From Nemertoderma westbladi (Eukaryota > Animalia > Xenacoelomorpha): 64,000 nt of DNA. Numbering within the stretch: position 1 is the stretch's first letter; every line of letters begins with the position of its first letter. This document shows, in pieces, positions 24,654-38,800 of this stretch. The notes under the pieces were generated by a model, which searched no databases, was not told the DNA's origin, and saw only the letters and a program-made list of their open reading frames with translations. The translations under genes were made by a program, and so were the position numbers. The stretch is taken from assembly GCA_032718475.1 (NCBI GenBank), contig JAUCBJ010008942.1:29682-93681 (forward strand), read 5' to 3'.

Positions 24654-27600
24654 ATGTCTGACACAAAACAAACACTGTCAGATAGTCTCTTAGAAAGAAC
24701 GATCTGTGAATCAGATCAAAGTATAGAACATCTCAGACCGAAGTCTAAGTCCCCTCCTACCTTAAGAAAGGTTATCCCTACTGTAGTAGTATCAGACCCT
24801 AGGCTAGTAAAGCATCATAGGTTTATTATAGGCACTAGGGCTCAAGTTAAGCGAGACCAGGAGATGGCTGCCAAACAACAACAGCACCCGAACCGAGAAC
24901 TTATTTCTCAACTGCGTAGTAACTCTAGTTCCGACACCGAAGTGTTAACGCCCGAGATCGGAACAAGGAGGGCAGAAGCGGTTTATCCAGACCCACTTGT
25001 AATTCTTCCTGGAGCAGTGCTCACTAGAGTACTTATAGCTGTAGACGAACATCAAGCGGATTGGATGAGAAATAAGAGATCGACCAGGGACAGTTATGCA
25101 GGATACCCGATGGAAGAACTAAGGTCTATTGTAGAGACACAATGGAACTTCCCCGGACCCGGGCTCCCGTTTAACTTATCGGAAGCTGCCTGGGAAGACT
25201 TATACCAAATGGGGGTAGTGAGGGACACCCAAGATCCCGCTGTATGGAAGAGGTCAGCAGCAGGATATGTCCATGGATTCTTCAATTCCTTGGAAAGAAT
25301 AGAAATACAATTATTTCAACAACCACAAGGACCTCAAGAGCAGGGAGAGCTGCTTTACCAAGTGAGAGAACGTATTTTGAGGATCAGGTTAATCCTTTCA
25401 GCCTTTGAAGAGGCCTCTAAGAGAAGTCAAGACACGTCGTTGCAGGTGGCTGTGAAGACTTGGTTCCAGAGAGTGAATGTTAAAGTCCAGGGAACAACAC
25501 AATGGAGGGTTCAGCTTACTGAACGAGTAACCCACGGAGAATCAACAGATACAACCTTTTCTCATATGGAAGGCGAGGCGGTATCCGAAAAACCTCAGGA
25601 GAAGGATGCTATTGACATCTATCTGTCGGATTATCAACGATTTATAGGTGACAAAGAGCTAAGGAGACGGCTAGCTGGACTTCACCCCAATAGTGAAAGA
25701 GCCAAATTTATTTTGGACTCTTTAGATGCAGAGATATTAGCCGCGGAGCAGGCTAAATTTGATGAAAGCATTCTCATCGCAATGGACAGAGAAGAACAAC
25801 TAAAGAAAAGGCAAATAGAAGACCGAAAGGTAGCAGCAGCAGCGGCAGCAGCAGAGGTTGAAAGAAAAGAGGCAGCGGCAGCTGCGGAAGCTGAAAGAGA
25901 GGCAGCAGAAGCTGAAAGAAAAGAGGCAGCGGCAGCGGCGGAAGTTAAAAGAAAGGCGGCAGAAGCTGAAAGAAAAGCAGCAGCAGCGGCAGTGGCAGAA
26001 GCAGAACGGAGGGCATCTGAAGCGACAGTCCAACTAGAGTTGGAGAACCTCCAGGCGAAACAAGATTACTTAAACAAACAAAGGGCAGCTACTCAGATGC
26101 AACTACTGAGTCGATCTACTCCCAGAAGTCAAGGATTTACCTCCTCGGATGAAGGTGATACAACTGATACCGAGGGTAAAGGTAATAAATCTCATTAAAG
26201 TGGACGTAGAAGAGCGCCCCACCGGCATAAGTTGCCTAACTTACCGCCTGCGGTGAGAAGGGAGCTAGCTAGTGTAGACTTAAGTAATCAAGAACCAACA
26301 GCCCAAATTATTAGAGTAGAAAAACGCCCTACTATAGTAGATGAGCCAGAAATAATTAGGCCTGTTAGCGAAGCCACTCCCTTAATAGAGACACCTTTGC
26401 TCCAAGAACCTAACTCTAAATTCCCTTTGCACAGTACCAAACTATATGTGCCCAGTAGACAACTGCCGGAATCCCAAACAGTCCTGGATGCCGAGCAAGA
26501 CATTATAAACAAATTGTCTCCCGTCGTCCCGATGCGCCATCCAGCTACTACGTTGGCGACTCCCACCTCCGCGGTTGAGTGGATAGACGAGGGACGACGG
26601 GGGATGGAGCAGTTGCTCGGACAGCTCAAGGATAATAAAATTGAGTCTTCCAAACAAGTCCAAGAATTGGAATTGGAGAAGCAAAAGTATTGCTTTAGAG
26701 CGCGATAAATTAGTAAATATACAAATGGGTATACCACCACCCCCTGTAACAATGTGTCAGCCTGTTAGGTCTGAAGTATTTCATGCGCAAGGTGTGGAGC
26801 CTACACGCATCTATACTGCTAGCGAAGTAGAAACTCCGATAGTAAAACCTATTAAGGGTATTTATAAACCTGTTGATAATGATATCCCATACAGATCTGA
26901 TAATAATCCGAGAAATTTATATACCGATAATTCGATATTAAATAATACGATGGCTCAAGAAAGTTTTACATGTCAAATGGCTAGAACTGAAGCCCGTCAA
27001 GCGTTAAAAGTGGGAGAGGTCGTCAAGTTCAATGGAGATGAGATGAACTGGTTACCTTTAAATGAATATTACAAAGATAACATACAGAACTCCTTACTAT
27101 CCAACGGAGAGAAACTACGATTCCTCATCGAGTGCTTGGAAGGACCTCCCAAGTTAATGGCGTTAAAGTTTATTGGACATCCGGACGGATTGAGACAAGT
27201 TTGGGATACATTAAACATCAGGTATGGTAACAGGACTAACATAGCTAGGTATCTGTATGCGAAATTAGTAGCGCCCCAAAAGTTTCTTAGCAGCGGGATT
27301 ATAGAGTTTTCCGACGAGATTCAGGAGATCTGTAGACAGCTAGACTGGTTAGGTAAGTCTCTGGAATACCAGAGTTCTATGGTTGTAGGAGCCGTAGCAT
27401 CAACTTTGCCAAATGGTGTGTAGGTACTCGCTGGGACAAAAGGGTTCTCTATCTGATGGACCAACAACATAGAGACCCTACCATGGCTGATCTCATGTCG
27501 TTCTTAAATGGAGAGGTAAGATTACAGCTCCTAAAACAGTCTAGAGAGAAGACACCAGAAAGTAAGGTAAGTGAAAAACCCGTTACTAGGAGAAAGGTAA

Positions 27601-30600
27601 CACCAGTGTGTTATACAGATGATTGCAAAAGCCAAACGTCATATGACGAGAACAGCGGCAAGGACACCGAAAGATCTTATTATGTCAACAAAGTTAGGAA
27701 AGATGTAAGTAAATCTAAGTCTCGAACCAGTGACAGGAGAGAACAGGTAACAACTCCCCCTACGTCTCCTAAGAGAATTCATGGAAGGTAGCCCGAAGAA
27801 AGAGCTAGCGTACACAACACGACGCAGGTTAAGGTAAGTAACATCAAACCTAAGTGTGTATTGTGCGACGGGCCACATCGCTTGAGTGGGTGTGATGAAT
27901 TCTTAAAGAAAACATTGAAGGATAGACGTGATGTCATGTGGGATAAACGGTTGTGCTATATTTTCCTCAGGCGAGGACATCAACGAAGAACCTGTTACTC
28001 AGAGGCGAGGTGTGCTAAGTGCGGCGCGAAACATGATATCTTGCTGCACACCGAGTTTGATAGGACCCGTACGAGTCAGGTAAGTGAGCCCGAACTACAT
28101 GTCCAATTCAGTGATGTGAACGACACTGACCACAGTTCGGAGATGGAAGGATTCTACACTGATGAATTTTCAGACGAAAATGAATCCTGTTATATGATCA
28201 ACACAACTGTGTATCGAGCACTTACATATGAGACCGAAACGGAGGGAGAAGAACCCCGACTGTCTATTCCAGATCGACAGCTCTCTGGTAAAGCGCCAAC
28301 ATCATCTGTCGGTATCCGAGAGTTTCCCGTAGTGCAACTGTTCCACTATATCCCTAACCAGATGAATAATTACATATCTGATATGTGGAAAAGGAGAATT
28401 TGCGCTAATTACCAGGATGACGTGGATGATATTAGATCGCCACCTCTACAACCAATAAATATGGAGTGCTGGAGAAGCGTTGAATCGTTCATACTTGGTG
28501 TCCTCTTGGGTCAACCAAATACTGCATATATGAAACATTTATATGGTGATATAGACAACAATATGTGCTTATGTGGGGAACCTGAAACTGCAACACACTT
28601 TATATTTGAATGTAACTTACCACATAAGATCACATATATCCAGTCACTCAAAAACAAACTATGGAAAAAGGGTCTATCCGAGACATTAAGTAGCTTACAG
28701 TTCTGCCGAGATACAGAGGTTATTTCTGCACTGATAGCGGTGTGGACGAGAACGTGACGATGATTATTGAAACAAAACAAATATCAAACGAGGAGGCGCT
28801 AAATTCACAAACATGGTCGACTAAATGTTAACGAATAACTGAACTGAATAACTTTTAATTCATTTAAAACACATTTTATCATTCTAATTAATAAATACAT
28901 ACTGTATTTGATTTTAACTAACTATTATTGTGCCTCCATTTGATCTGCATATATGGATATTTTATTAAAGAATTATATATATAACTGAGGGTCCATGGGA
29001 TAGGGAAGTGAACGCCCTCCTTGACTCCGGCAGTACAGGCACTTTTATAGACAAAGACCTAGCCGAAGATATCTTTGCTGGTCAACCTATCTTTGCTGGA
29101 ATTATGCAGGTTTGGAAATCCACAGTATCAACAGATTACTATATGGGTTCGTTGTCCACTCCCCAAGATGAACTCGGAGAAAATAGTGTAAGGTCAGTCA
29201 AGATGGTGCCGATAAAGAACTTTGCAACTAGCCAAGTGGAGCCTTACAACTGGGATGAAGATCATTTTACCCAGCAATAATGTATCCAGGGGTACAGATT
29301 TTGCTCGGCCAAAACGCACACGAGGCGCTTGAGACATTAGAAAAACGGCCTGCTCGACCGCGACCACTCCAGACATACGCGGGAAGAACAAGAGTAGGTT
29401 GGTACTTCACTGGACCTTCCCATAGGACTTTACAAGAAAGACTCCCGAGTGAACAAGTCCACCAGGTAAATAAGTGGGAGGAAGATATAAGTGAAGAAGA
29501 AATTCCAGCTGAGGAAACTCCATACTCCTCAGATAACGACGACATATGTAATTTATATGACGAGGAAAATACCATTGAAATCCTCACTGAGAACCAAACT
29601 TGGTTAAACCAGGTCAACTTATGTAACCTTATCAGTCAACATAGCGAACAATTGACGTATGATGATGAATTAAATGAAGCTGTAGAGCGGTATAATAGTA
29701 AAATATGCGATGAACACGCCATATGATTCTTTACTCAAGAAGCGGTAGAGCCTAATTCCTACGACAAAGCATTATCGGTCGAGGAAGGGAGAGCAAAGCA
29801 GATGCAGGAAACGACCACACGTTATCTGAAAGATGAAGGTTGTTATGAGATTGCTCTGCCGTTCCGATGGAGAGAACCCAGCTTTGTGAATAACCGACCT
29901 TTAGCGGAAAAAAGAATCGCTCAACTTCTTCGGCGTTTGACGGCTAACGATCGAGCCAAAGAAATGTATAAAACCCAATTGAAGAAGTTTATAGACAAAG
30001 GATTCGCGGAGCGAGTTCCGGAAGAAACACCCATAACGGAGAGAACGTATTATTTGACACATCATTACGTTCCCAAGCCCGGTAAACCAAATGAAGTCCG
30101 GATAGTGTTTCATGGCTCCGCCCTTTACATGGGACGATCCCTGAATTCCGAACTGTTGCCGGGACCCAACTTACTCCAATCTTTGTTGGGAATGTTACTA
30201 CGACTGAGGCAATATTCGATCGATTCGGACATCAAAGGCATGTTTCTACAAGTTAAAGTGTTAGCTAGGGATCGAGACAGCCTACGATTTTTGTGGTGGC
30301 CTGAAGGAGACCTCAACCGAAAACCGGTAGAGTATTGGATGACAATCCAGGCTTTCGGGGTCATATCGAGCCCCTCCAACGCTTGTTCAGTAGTGCGTAC
30401 CACTGCCGATGACAACAGAGACGCCTTCTCTAAAGCGGTTATTGACAACATCAAACGGGATATTTACATGGACGACAATTTAAAGTCCCTCCCATCGGTG
30501 GAAGAAGCAATCGATGTTGCCAAGTGAATGGTAGAGTGCTTACAACGAGGTGGATTTCGCCTAACCAAATTCACTAGTAACTCCTGTGAGTTCCTGGAAT

Positions 30601-33362
30601 GATCCCAGTAGAAGACCGAGGTGTAAAAGACCTGGACCTCATTAAGGACGATCTTCCAGAAACCAAAACCCTTGGATTAAAATGGGACACGGAGAGAGAT
30701 ATTATATTCTTTCAATTGAAGCAACGAAACAATCCAGTTAGAACAAAACGGATTTGTCTAAGTATCCTGAGCACCTATTTCGATCCGTTGGGATTCACTA
30801 GCCCAGTCATACTAGTTGCTTGGAGCTTATTGCAACAAATGTGGCTCGAAAACCACTTGTGGGATGATCCACTCAAGGGAGAACTGCTAAAGAAGTGGAT
30901 GAAATGGGAAAATTCTTTACCATCTATCGAGAACTTTAAGATTTCCCGCTCCTATTTCGGTCACATTCTCCCAACGTATTCCTATCAACTCCATGTTTTT
31001 GGAGACGCCAGCGATATAGGAATAGGTATAGTAGCCTACCTGAGGGTTGAAACTCCCGATGGAATTAAGGTTTCATTAGTCTCCTCTAAAGCCCTAATAA
31101 ACAACAAACTACAAGTTCCCAGAGCGGAGTTAAAGGCGGCTCTATACGATACAGCCATCGGCCGGAATGTAACGGAACAGATCGACTATCCACTAGAGAA
31201 AACTGTCTATTGGACCGATGCTTTACTCGTTCTGGAGTATATAACTAATGAAGTCTGTCAGTTCAGCATCTCTGTTACCAAAAGAGTAGCCATTATACTC
31301 AGTCTCTCTAATATAGATCAATGGAGACATTGCCCTGGGACGATTAATCCAGCTGACATCGCTTCCAGAGGTACAACTCCTCAAGAATTGATAGATACTC
31401 CAGACTGGTTAGGTGGACCCGACTTCCTGATTAAAGAAGAGGAGGAATGGCCCCCTCATCTCACTGCAGCAGAGATCAGACAAGCCAAGGGAGTGGAGAA
31501 AGTCGAACCGAAAACCCGTCGAGTAAATCAAAGTTATTTAAGCCAGTGATAGATCTGTCTGTGCTACATGCCTCCGGTGACGACGCTGTGGATCTAAACT
31601 CACCCAAGGATGTTACCCGAAATACAAATAAATCCGTTATAGAAATCACGAAAAGAGACTGGAAATCTGGAACACCAGATGTCTCGCAAGGACTCTCTCC
31701 TCTCCTACAAAGAGCGATAGATCATTATAGCTCCTGGAATCGGCTTTGCAAGGCCATTGTGTATCTGAAAAGATGTTTCCATCATCACTATTCCAGGATG
31801 AAGATCGCTAATGATGCCGCTCCAGTAGTAGCTGAAAAGGTCCATGCTACTAAAGACCTTCCCACTTATAGAGTGTCTGATAGGTTTCTGACTGAGAAGA
31901 TCAGTTACCAAGAACATGATGATACTAACAAGCAGATACTGAGACTCCTGCAATGTTACGAAGATTCCGATAAGTATTTCCTGTTGTTGAGAAATCCACA
32001 GATGCGCTTAAGGGATCGTTTCTCTAGCACAATGATAGATGGGTTAATACGTGTTGGAGGGAGATTAACTAATGCTCCATTGTCCTTTGACACTAAGTTT
32101 CCCATACTCATTAGAAATCTTGAAATACAAATCAAGATGATTGTAAATGTTCACAGTAAGCTTTACCATGCTGGTAGAGAACGAGTTCTTAGCAAAATTC
32201 GAACTCGCTATTATTTCCATAAGCCCCTTGAGCTCTAAATCAAGTTCTTAGGAACTGTATACCCTGTAGGAAAGCATTTAGTAGGCCTTTAACACAGCAA
32301 GAGGCAGAATTACCTAGGGAACGAGTAAGCTGTTATGACCCACCCTTTACTAATACTGGTGTGAATTTATTTGGCCCTATTGAAGTATATCATGCTAGGA
32401 CTATAGTCAAGCGATGGTGCGTCATCTTTGTCTGTATGACTTGTAGAGCGATCCATCTAGATATGGTGAATGATCTATCTACCAACAGCTTCATACTGAG
32501 CTTACACTGACAAATCGCTCGTTTTGGGACTAGCAACACTATGAAATCTGACAAAGGAACTAATTTCATTTGTGCCAATAACGAGATCAAAGCTTACGTA
32601 AAGGATTGGAACCAAAGACAGGTGGACGATCAGCTAAGAGTAACATCATCTAGCTGGACCTTCAACGCCGCCGACGCCCCTTGGTGGGGAGGAAGTTGGG
32701 AGAGACTCATACAAAGCGTGAAGACCGCATTTCACTTCATAGTGCCGTGCTGCAGGTATTTCACCGACGAACTTTTGCGGACGTTAATGGAAGAAATCGC
32801 CGCCTATCTCAACGAGAGACCGCTTATGCCAGTGTCATCTAGTCCCGACTCCCTAGAAGCGCTAACACCCGTGCATTTCCTACTAAAGAAACCTGTAGCC
32901 ATGCTCCCGCAATCGGAAATAACAGACGGAGACGAATACTGCCGACAAACTTGGCAACTTATGCAGTAATTATCCCGTCGTTTCGCTGACCAATTCGAAA
33001 AACATTATCTTCCTATGCTACAACTTCGAACAAAATGGTTTGTGCAGCAAGAAAACGTCAGCGCCGGAGACATGGTCCTTATCGTGGAATCAGATCTTCC
33101 ACATAAGAGGTGGCAGACAGGTCGCATCATCGAGACTCATATATCCGATGATGGTTTAGTGCGATCAGTAGAACTCGTCGTCATGCAACGTAACTTTAAG
33201 AAACCTGGAATTGTGTTCGAAACGCAACAACTTAATCGCCCAGTTGGTCGTTTATGTTTACTGGAAAGAGACTGAGAGTTGTCCGGAAACTATGGAAGGC
33301 GAGAGACTCTTCCCACGACCACCTCCCTAATCCAACAAACATCTAGGGACTCCGCAATGTAA
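24654..33362 (+). pseudogene. gag-pol: B2 gag-pol polyprotein, many stops/frameshifts, interrupted by a LINE fragment
   Basis: ORF fragments collinear with and highly similar to B1 (MSDTKQ..., LLDSGS, YMDD, LHVFGDAS, SDKGTNF, GGSWERL). Confidence 0.92.
28341..28982 (+). mobile_element. 5'-truncated non-LTR retrotransposon fragment (ORF2 C-terminus with CCHC finger, (AT)n tail)
   Basis: TSD AACTG at 28336-28340 and 28983-28987; CLCGEPETATHFIFEC motif; removing it restores B2 VQL|RVHG (B1 has VQVCVHG). Confidence 0.85.
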
Positions 33363-35282
33363 CAGTGTTTGGAGTGGGTGTGTGACTACATTAATTTATT
33401 TTTTATTTTTATATTTATGTATATATTATTATGTAATCTTATTATTATAATCGTTTTCTTTAATTTTATTTAGTAGAATAATAGTTTAATGATTATTCAG
33501 TAGATTAGTACAATATATTCGTGTTTTATTACTTAATTACTTAGTATAATATATTTCGTTTAACGGCGAGAAATAATTCATTTTCTCTTTCCTTACTGTC
33601 CGTATCATACTAGAAATACTTGACTACAGTAAGATGAAATGTCAGTACTTATTAAAGTACAATATACCGCCCCTACTATAATTAAGTATTATTGGTAAGT
33701 AGAGTATTAGGAATGCAAAGTTCAGATCCTCATGTCTCGGCTAAACCAAGCTCTGGGTAGACCTTGGAAACGACTTGCCTCTTCTCACTGACATTGCTTC
33801 TTGCAATATTGCTCTCATACCGTATCTTAAATAATACGTATAGTAGAATGATGTCCATTTAACAGTAGCGATTGAAGCGCAAAATATTTGTTAAACAAAT
33901 CTGTTAATCAATCTTCAAATAAATCTGTTAAACCCTTTGGCAATCTGAAATTCTAGTCGATTAAGATATCGCGGCACCCACCGATATACTTGAAAGACGA
34001 AATTCTAGAATCAGTGGTTAACGTCCCCAGACATGTTCTGGAATAAATCGGTGCCCATCCTAAATATTAAATATTTAATAAATATTTACAACGTTTGATA
34101 TAACAAATGTTAAAATAGAGAAAAGTATAAATTAAATCTGTTAAAATTTTAGATCCTCTAAAATTCTAGTCGATTGAGATATTGTAGTACTTACCGATAC
34201 TCTTAAAAGACAAATTTCTGGAATTAAGGATCCTAGTTCCCAGACATGTTCTAGAATAAAATTGTGTCTATTTTAATATCAAATAATAAAATTCATGGGA
34301 ATAAATTTTAAATTCATATCCTCTCATGAATTTGATAAATTGTCATTTTATACAATTTATAAACATTCCCAAAATTCCATTAATTAATAGATCATGGGAG
34401 CGGAGATTCACCCTATTAAGTATATCAGTGTGAGAGAATCTCCAGTGTACAGTCAATAGCCAATAAAAGCCGAAGCCGTGTATAAGGGGAATATTGACAA
34501 TTAAAGAATCACTATTAAATAGCATCCCATATCTGTATGCATGAGAATTACCCTAATTCTACCACTAGTTTTTCATAATGTCACCATAGTAACAACCACG
34601 TTAGAATTAGAAGCGAGTTATAAGAACAATAGAAAGCTTGCCCCATTGAATAGCATGCGGAATAAATAGCACCTTGCTAGTATCTAGGGATACATAATAA
34701 TAACGTGGCATTCTGGAAGGCATTTGACTAATGGACAAATGGCCCTAATTTGTACAAATTGTGGCAGGAATGTGGAATTTGTGTTTTTATAGGTGAATGT
34801 TACTACTAAAGTGTGTTTACAGTAGCGAGTCGCAGTTGTGAAAGTTACCCTGCCTCTGTAGCAAGTACCTCCAGTATATCCAAGCCCTTGGGACGGACAG
34901 TGGAGTGACTCGCGCTGGTTATTGTTGTCATTGTGTAGCTACTACGTTGGCGAGAGGCACAGCGACGACAGTACATCAGCGCTGCGGATCTCACGCTGTC
35001 CGGGGGCATAGAGGGGGAGGTAGCGACGACCGCTAGCCTTATTATTATTAACTATAATATCGATAAACTCATATAGCAGCTGTGACTGAGTTGATAGAAG
35101 ATGATCTTGGTATCAGGGAGCGATATACCCTACCACTGCAAGCGTTTGTTGATAGTTTGATAAGCAGCGACGCTAGTCAACAAACGACGGAAGACGATGG
35201 CCATTATATCGAACCGCCAATGGCAAAGGAATAGCTCAAGCGTGAATTGGACTATCGGAAATTCACCGCTCGCTATACGCAT

Positions 35283-35868
35283 TGTTAGCGGATTCAATTC
35301 CGCTAACCACCCCATAAAGTTGGGAAACGGCACCTTTAAGCAATATTGGGGAATACGAGATTGATTACCAATCAACCTCGTATCACCCCCAATAAATGTG
35401 GACAACAAACCCCAAAGGGCCGCACACAAAGGGAGGTCAGAGGTTAAACCTCCGGGAGGGGAAAGTAACAGCAGTGGTGGGGGGAAACAATCCCACAGAG
35501 TCGAGGGCGAGAATTAGGTTATTGGCCAATGGGAGCCAAGAAACGCATCCACTGGGTACAATGGCCATAGGTAATGTAGATATATAATATTACCGGTTAG
35601 TGCCCAACATTCAGTTTACGCAGTCATCAGGTGCAGTACGGTGACATTTCGCACCGTCACCGTCACTACAGTACAAACAACATATTGTATTTACCGGTAC
35701 TCAGTTATCTCATTATATCACCATTCAATTATCTATCAACTGTGCTGTGATATCTATGTGTCAACCTATAACAACTCGAACGATAACAACTACCATATTT
35801 TCTTCTTCTCATCAACACGGTGATGCGTAGCGAAACAAAACCGGTCGGGATCCACTGATCCCGTCACA
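35283..35868 (+). repeat. 5' LTR of A2, with TATA-like TATATAA (35581) and Inr-like TCAGT (35611)
   Basis: TGTTAGCG...CCCGTCACA, repeated at 42202-42781; the CATTCAGTTTAC block is conserved in the A3 LTR about 20-30 nt after a TATAA. Confidence 0.9.
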
Positions 35869-35877
35869 GTGCGAAAT
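35869..35877 (+). promoter_or_regulatory. Non-tRNA primer-binding site of A2 (GTGCGAAAT), complementary to its own LTR
   Basis: Abuts the 5' LTR; reverse complement of ATTTCGCAC at 35646-35654. Confidence 0.72.
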
Positions 35878-35899
35878 ACCCAAACTGGAAACTGTGACT

Positions 35900-38800
35900 G
35901 CCAGACTCAAGTAGGACAGAGATAAGATGAGTCAAGAAAGAGAGACGACAAGTAGGACAGAGATAAGATGAGTCAAGAAAGAGAGACGACACCGCCACGG
36001 ACCCCGGACAATACGAACGAAACGATCCGCTAGGCCGCGACACGACGGTATCGACCCGCAACACTGGACTCGCCGGAGAGGAGCGAACCGGTAGCTCAGG
36101 CGGAGGGCGGCCGTCTACCACAATGAGGGACAAGCGAGTGGAGAGAAGGGATAGACGAGTCGACGCACGACGGCACACGAGGTACCGATGTCGCCGGCCA
36201 GCCACAGGTCGAGGGCGGCAGACGGCCCACAGGAACGGCGACGGTGGGGCCTCCGGTACGACGCCGAACACGGAGAGAAAGAGGAGAGGTCGGCGATGAG
36301 GACGTCGGAGTTAGCGACCGGCTCCGGCGGGCCTACAACGCGACGAGGAAGCAGATAAAGGAAGCTAAGGAGGGAGCAAAACTAGATCAGGTGAAGCTAG
36401 AGAAGCGGCTAGGTGAGTCGAATAGACATCTTAACTATCTAGTCCGCTATGGACAAGGAGAGTTGGCGGGTGGAAGAGCGAGAGGGGTTGCCACCGAACT
36501 GTTCGAACTGTGGCAGTCTAGGGGTATTGAGCCTGGTGTAGTGTACATAGGGCCGTACTTAGTGGATGCCAGGGGAAATAAGTTAGTGAGTTGGGCGGGA
36601 CCGCGGGAGGGTGAATCCGAGGTTAACCCCGAGGATTCGGTCTCGCCGGTCGGCGAAAACCTCAGAAAGCAGGGGAAAGTTAGTAGGACGGGGAGGCGAC
36701 GGGAGTCCGTCGCGACCGACAAGTCTGCTAAATCCTCCGCAAAAGTAAGAAGGGTGCTAGAAATAGATCTGGCGTGCCAGTTGGATATCGTGTTGCTAGA
36801 CCAAAAGGAGTTAGAGAGGCAGTTGGAGGAAGGAGCTGCGTTGCTAGAGAGAGAGAGAGAGTTGGCGAGGGAGTGTAAAGAGAGAGCTGAGAGGGTAGCC
36901 AGGAACTGTAGGGAGCAAGAAGAGAGGGAGAAAAAGAAGCGCGAGGAGCGAGAAGGGAGGGAGAAAGAGGAGCGCAAGAGGGAGAAAGGGGAGCGAGAAG
37001 GGAGGGAGAAAGAGGAGCGTGAGAGGGAGAAAGAGGAGCGTGAGAGGGAGAAAGAGGAGCACAAAGAACGAGAAGCAAGAGAGGCAGCGAGGGTGGAGAG
37101 AGAAACAATTGAATGTAGAGAGCGGGTGGCGAGAGAAACAGAGTTAGCGAACCAGAGTTTGCGAGAGGATAGGGAGAGAGAGAGAACGGGGAAGCGTGTG
37201 CGGGATGATATGCACGCCTGGCTGAGGGGGCTTATGCAATATCAGGCCAAACAGAAGCGCCGACTAGAACTGGCACAGTTGGGGCTGTCAGAAAGTGAGG
37301 CTGGCTCGGGTAGTGTTTATGAGGAGCCAGAAGTTATGGAAACGTTTGTTAATACTCCACTTGCAGGGACCGGACGACAGACCCAAGACTGGTGTAACCG
37401 TACGGGCGGGGGGTAATAACAATACTTTAGAGAACGTTAATATTAATAGTACCGTAGTAGATAACCCTAATCAAACTTTCATTGCAGGAAATAATATTTT
37501 GCCCGATAGTAGTAATTTAAATCCGAACGATTTTAATATAAATGTACAAAGTAGTCCAAATAATTTAAATAATAATATATAATTACGCAAAATAATTCAA
37601 ATAATATAATTACGCAAAATAATTCAAATAATAATCTTAATTCGAACGAACAGAATAATCCCGTTTCAAATTCAAATAATTCTAATAATTTAAATAATTT
37701 AGAAAATAGAGTTGGTAATGGTGCTATTAATATAAACGTGGCGGATGCAGGTGGCCCGGCAAATGAGAACCTGGTAGGCCACGTAGTCAGTAGGCAGGGA
37801 GTAACGGGGGTGAGAAACCACAATGAGAGCCTGGTAGGCCACGTAATCAGTAGGCAGGAGGTGGCGGGGGTGAGAAACCCCAGTGAAAGCCTGGTAGGCC
37901 ACGTAGTTAGTGCGCAGGGAGTGGCGGGGTTGAGTCAACCCGACGTGGGCCTGTCAGGCCACACAGTGATAGAGGGAGAGGCGGGGGTGAGTAGACCCAG
38001 TGTAGTTAGTGCGTCGACTTGAGAGGGGTGTAGAGGCGAAGTGACAGATATTGAAGTGATATGTGGCGAGCGGGGGGGGGGGGGGGGGGCTACAGGAGCC
38101 CCACAACGAGAGATTAGCGGCGAGTGGGGGGGGGGGGCTACAGGGGCCCCACAATGAGAGATTAGCGGCGAGAGGGGGGGAGGGCAGAGAGTGTCCCGCA
38201 GGCGTCGGCGGATAATGCGCGGGGCGAATTAGGTGAACCGCAGCACCCGGCGATGGAGAATAGTAGGGGGATTACGAGTATCCCCAGCAGCGTGCGACCG
38301 AGTAGAGAGAGAGAGGTTAACGTCGCGAGAGGGCGAGCGACGAGACGCCGAGCCCAGTCAGAAGAGGGAAGAAGAACAGTGGAGTTTAACCGGGAGGTCG
38401 ACGAGAGATCTCACAAGCGGGGACACTGCACTGCAGAGAGAAGAAGGGAAGAGAGTAGAAGAAGTGTCGTCTCGAACGACAGAAGAGCAAAGACGGATAG
38501 CGAGACAGGGAGTACGGGCACCCGGCCAAGATCATCCGGCAGACCCTGAGAGGTATAACATTGGGTGGCCTGCAGGATAACCCCGTTAGCATAAAGACAT
38601 TGGCAAACAAAGTCGAGAAGGCACTAATCGTGTTGAAGACGTTAGACGCGCCATACAAACTCAACGCATCTAATAATATCACCACGATAGTGCCGGCACT
38701 GCCAATCTGGCTGCGCAGTAAGTGGAGAAAAATCGTTTTCTCCACCCGAGAGAAGAAGGGTGCGGAACCGGGCCTAGAGGAAATGTCGAACTTCCTCAAC

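Noticed and set aside
27861-28757. ORF 27861..28757 as a novel Gag fusion protein
   Set aside because: In-frame chance fusion of B2 gag with an inserted LINE 3' fragment bounded by an AACTG TSD.
36447-37108. Antisense Ser/Leu/Pro-rich ORFs over gag repeats (also 19656-20045, 55214-55909)
   Set aside because: Shadow frames of Glu/Arg/Ala-rich repetitive coding sequence.
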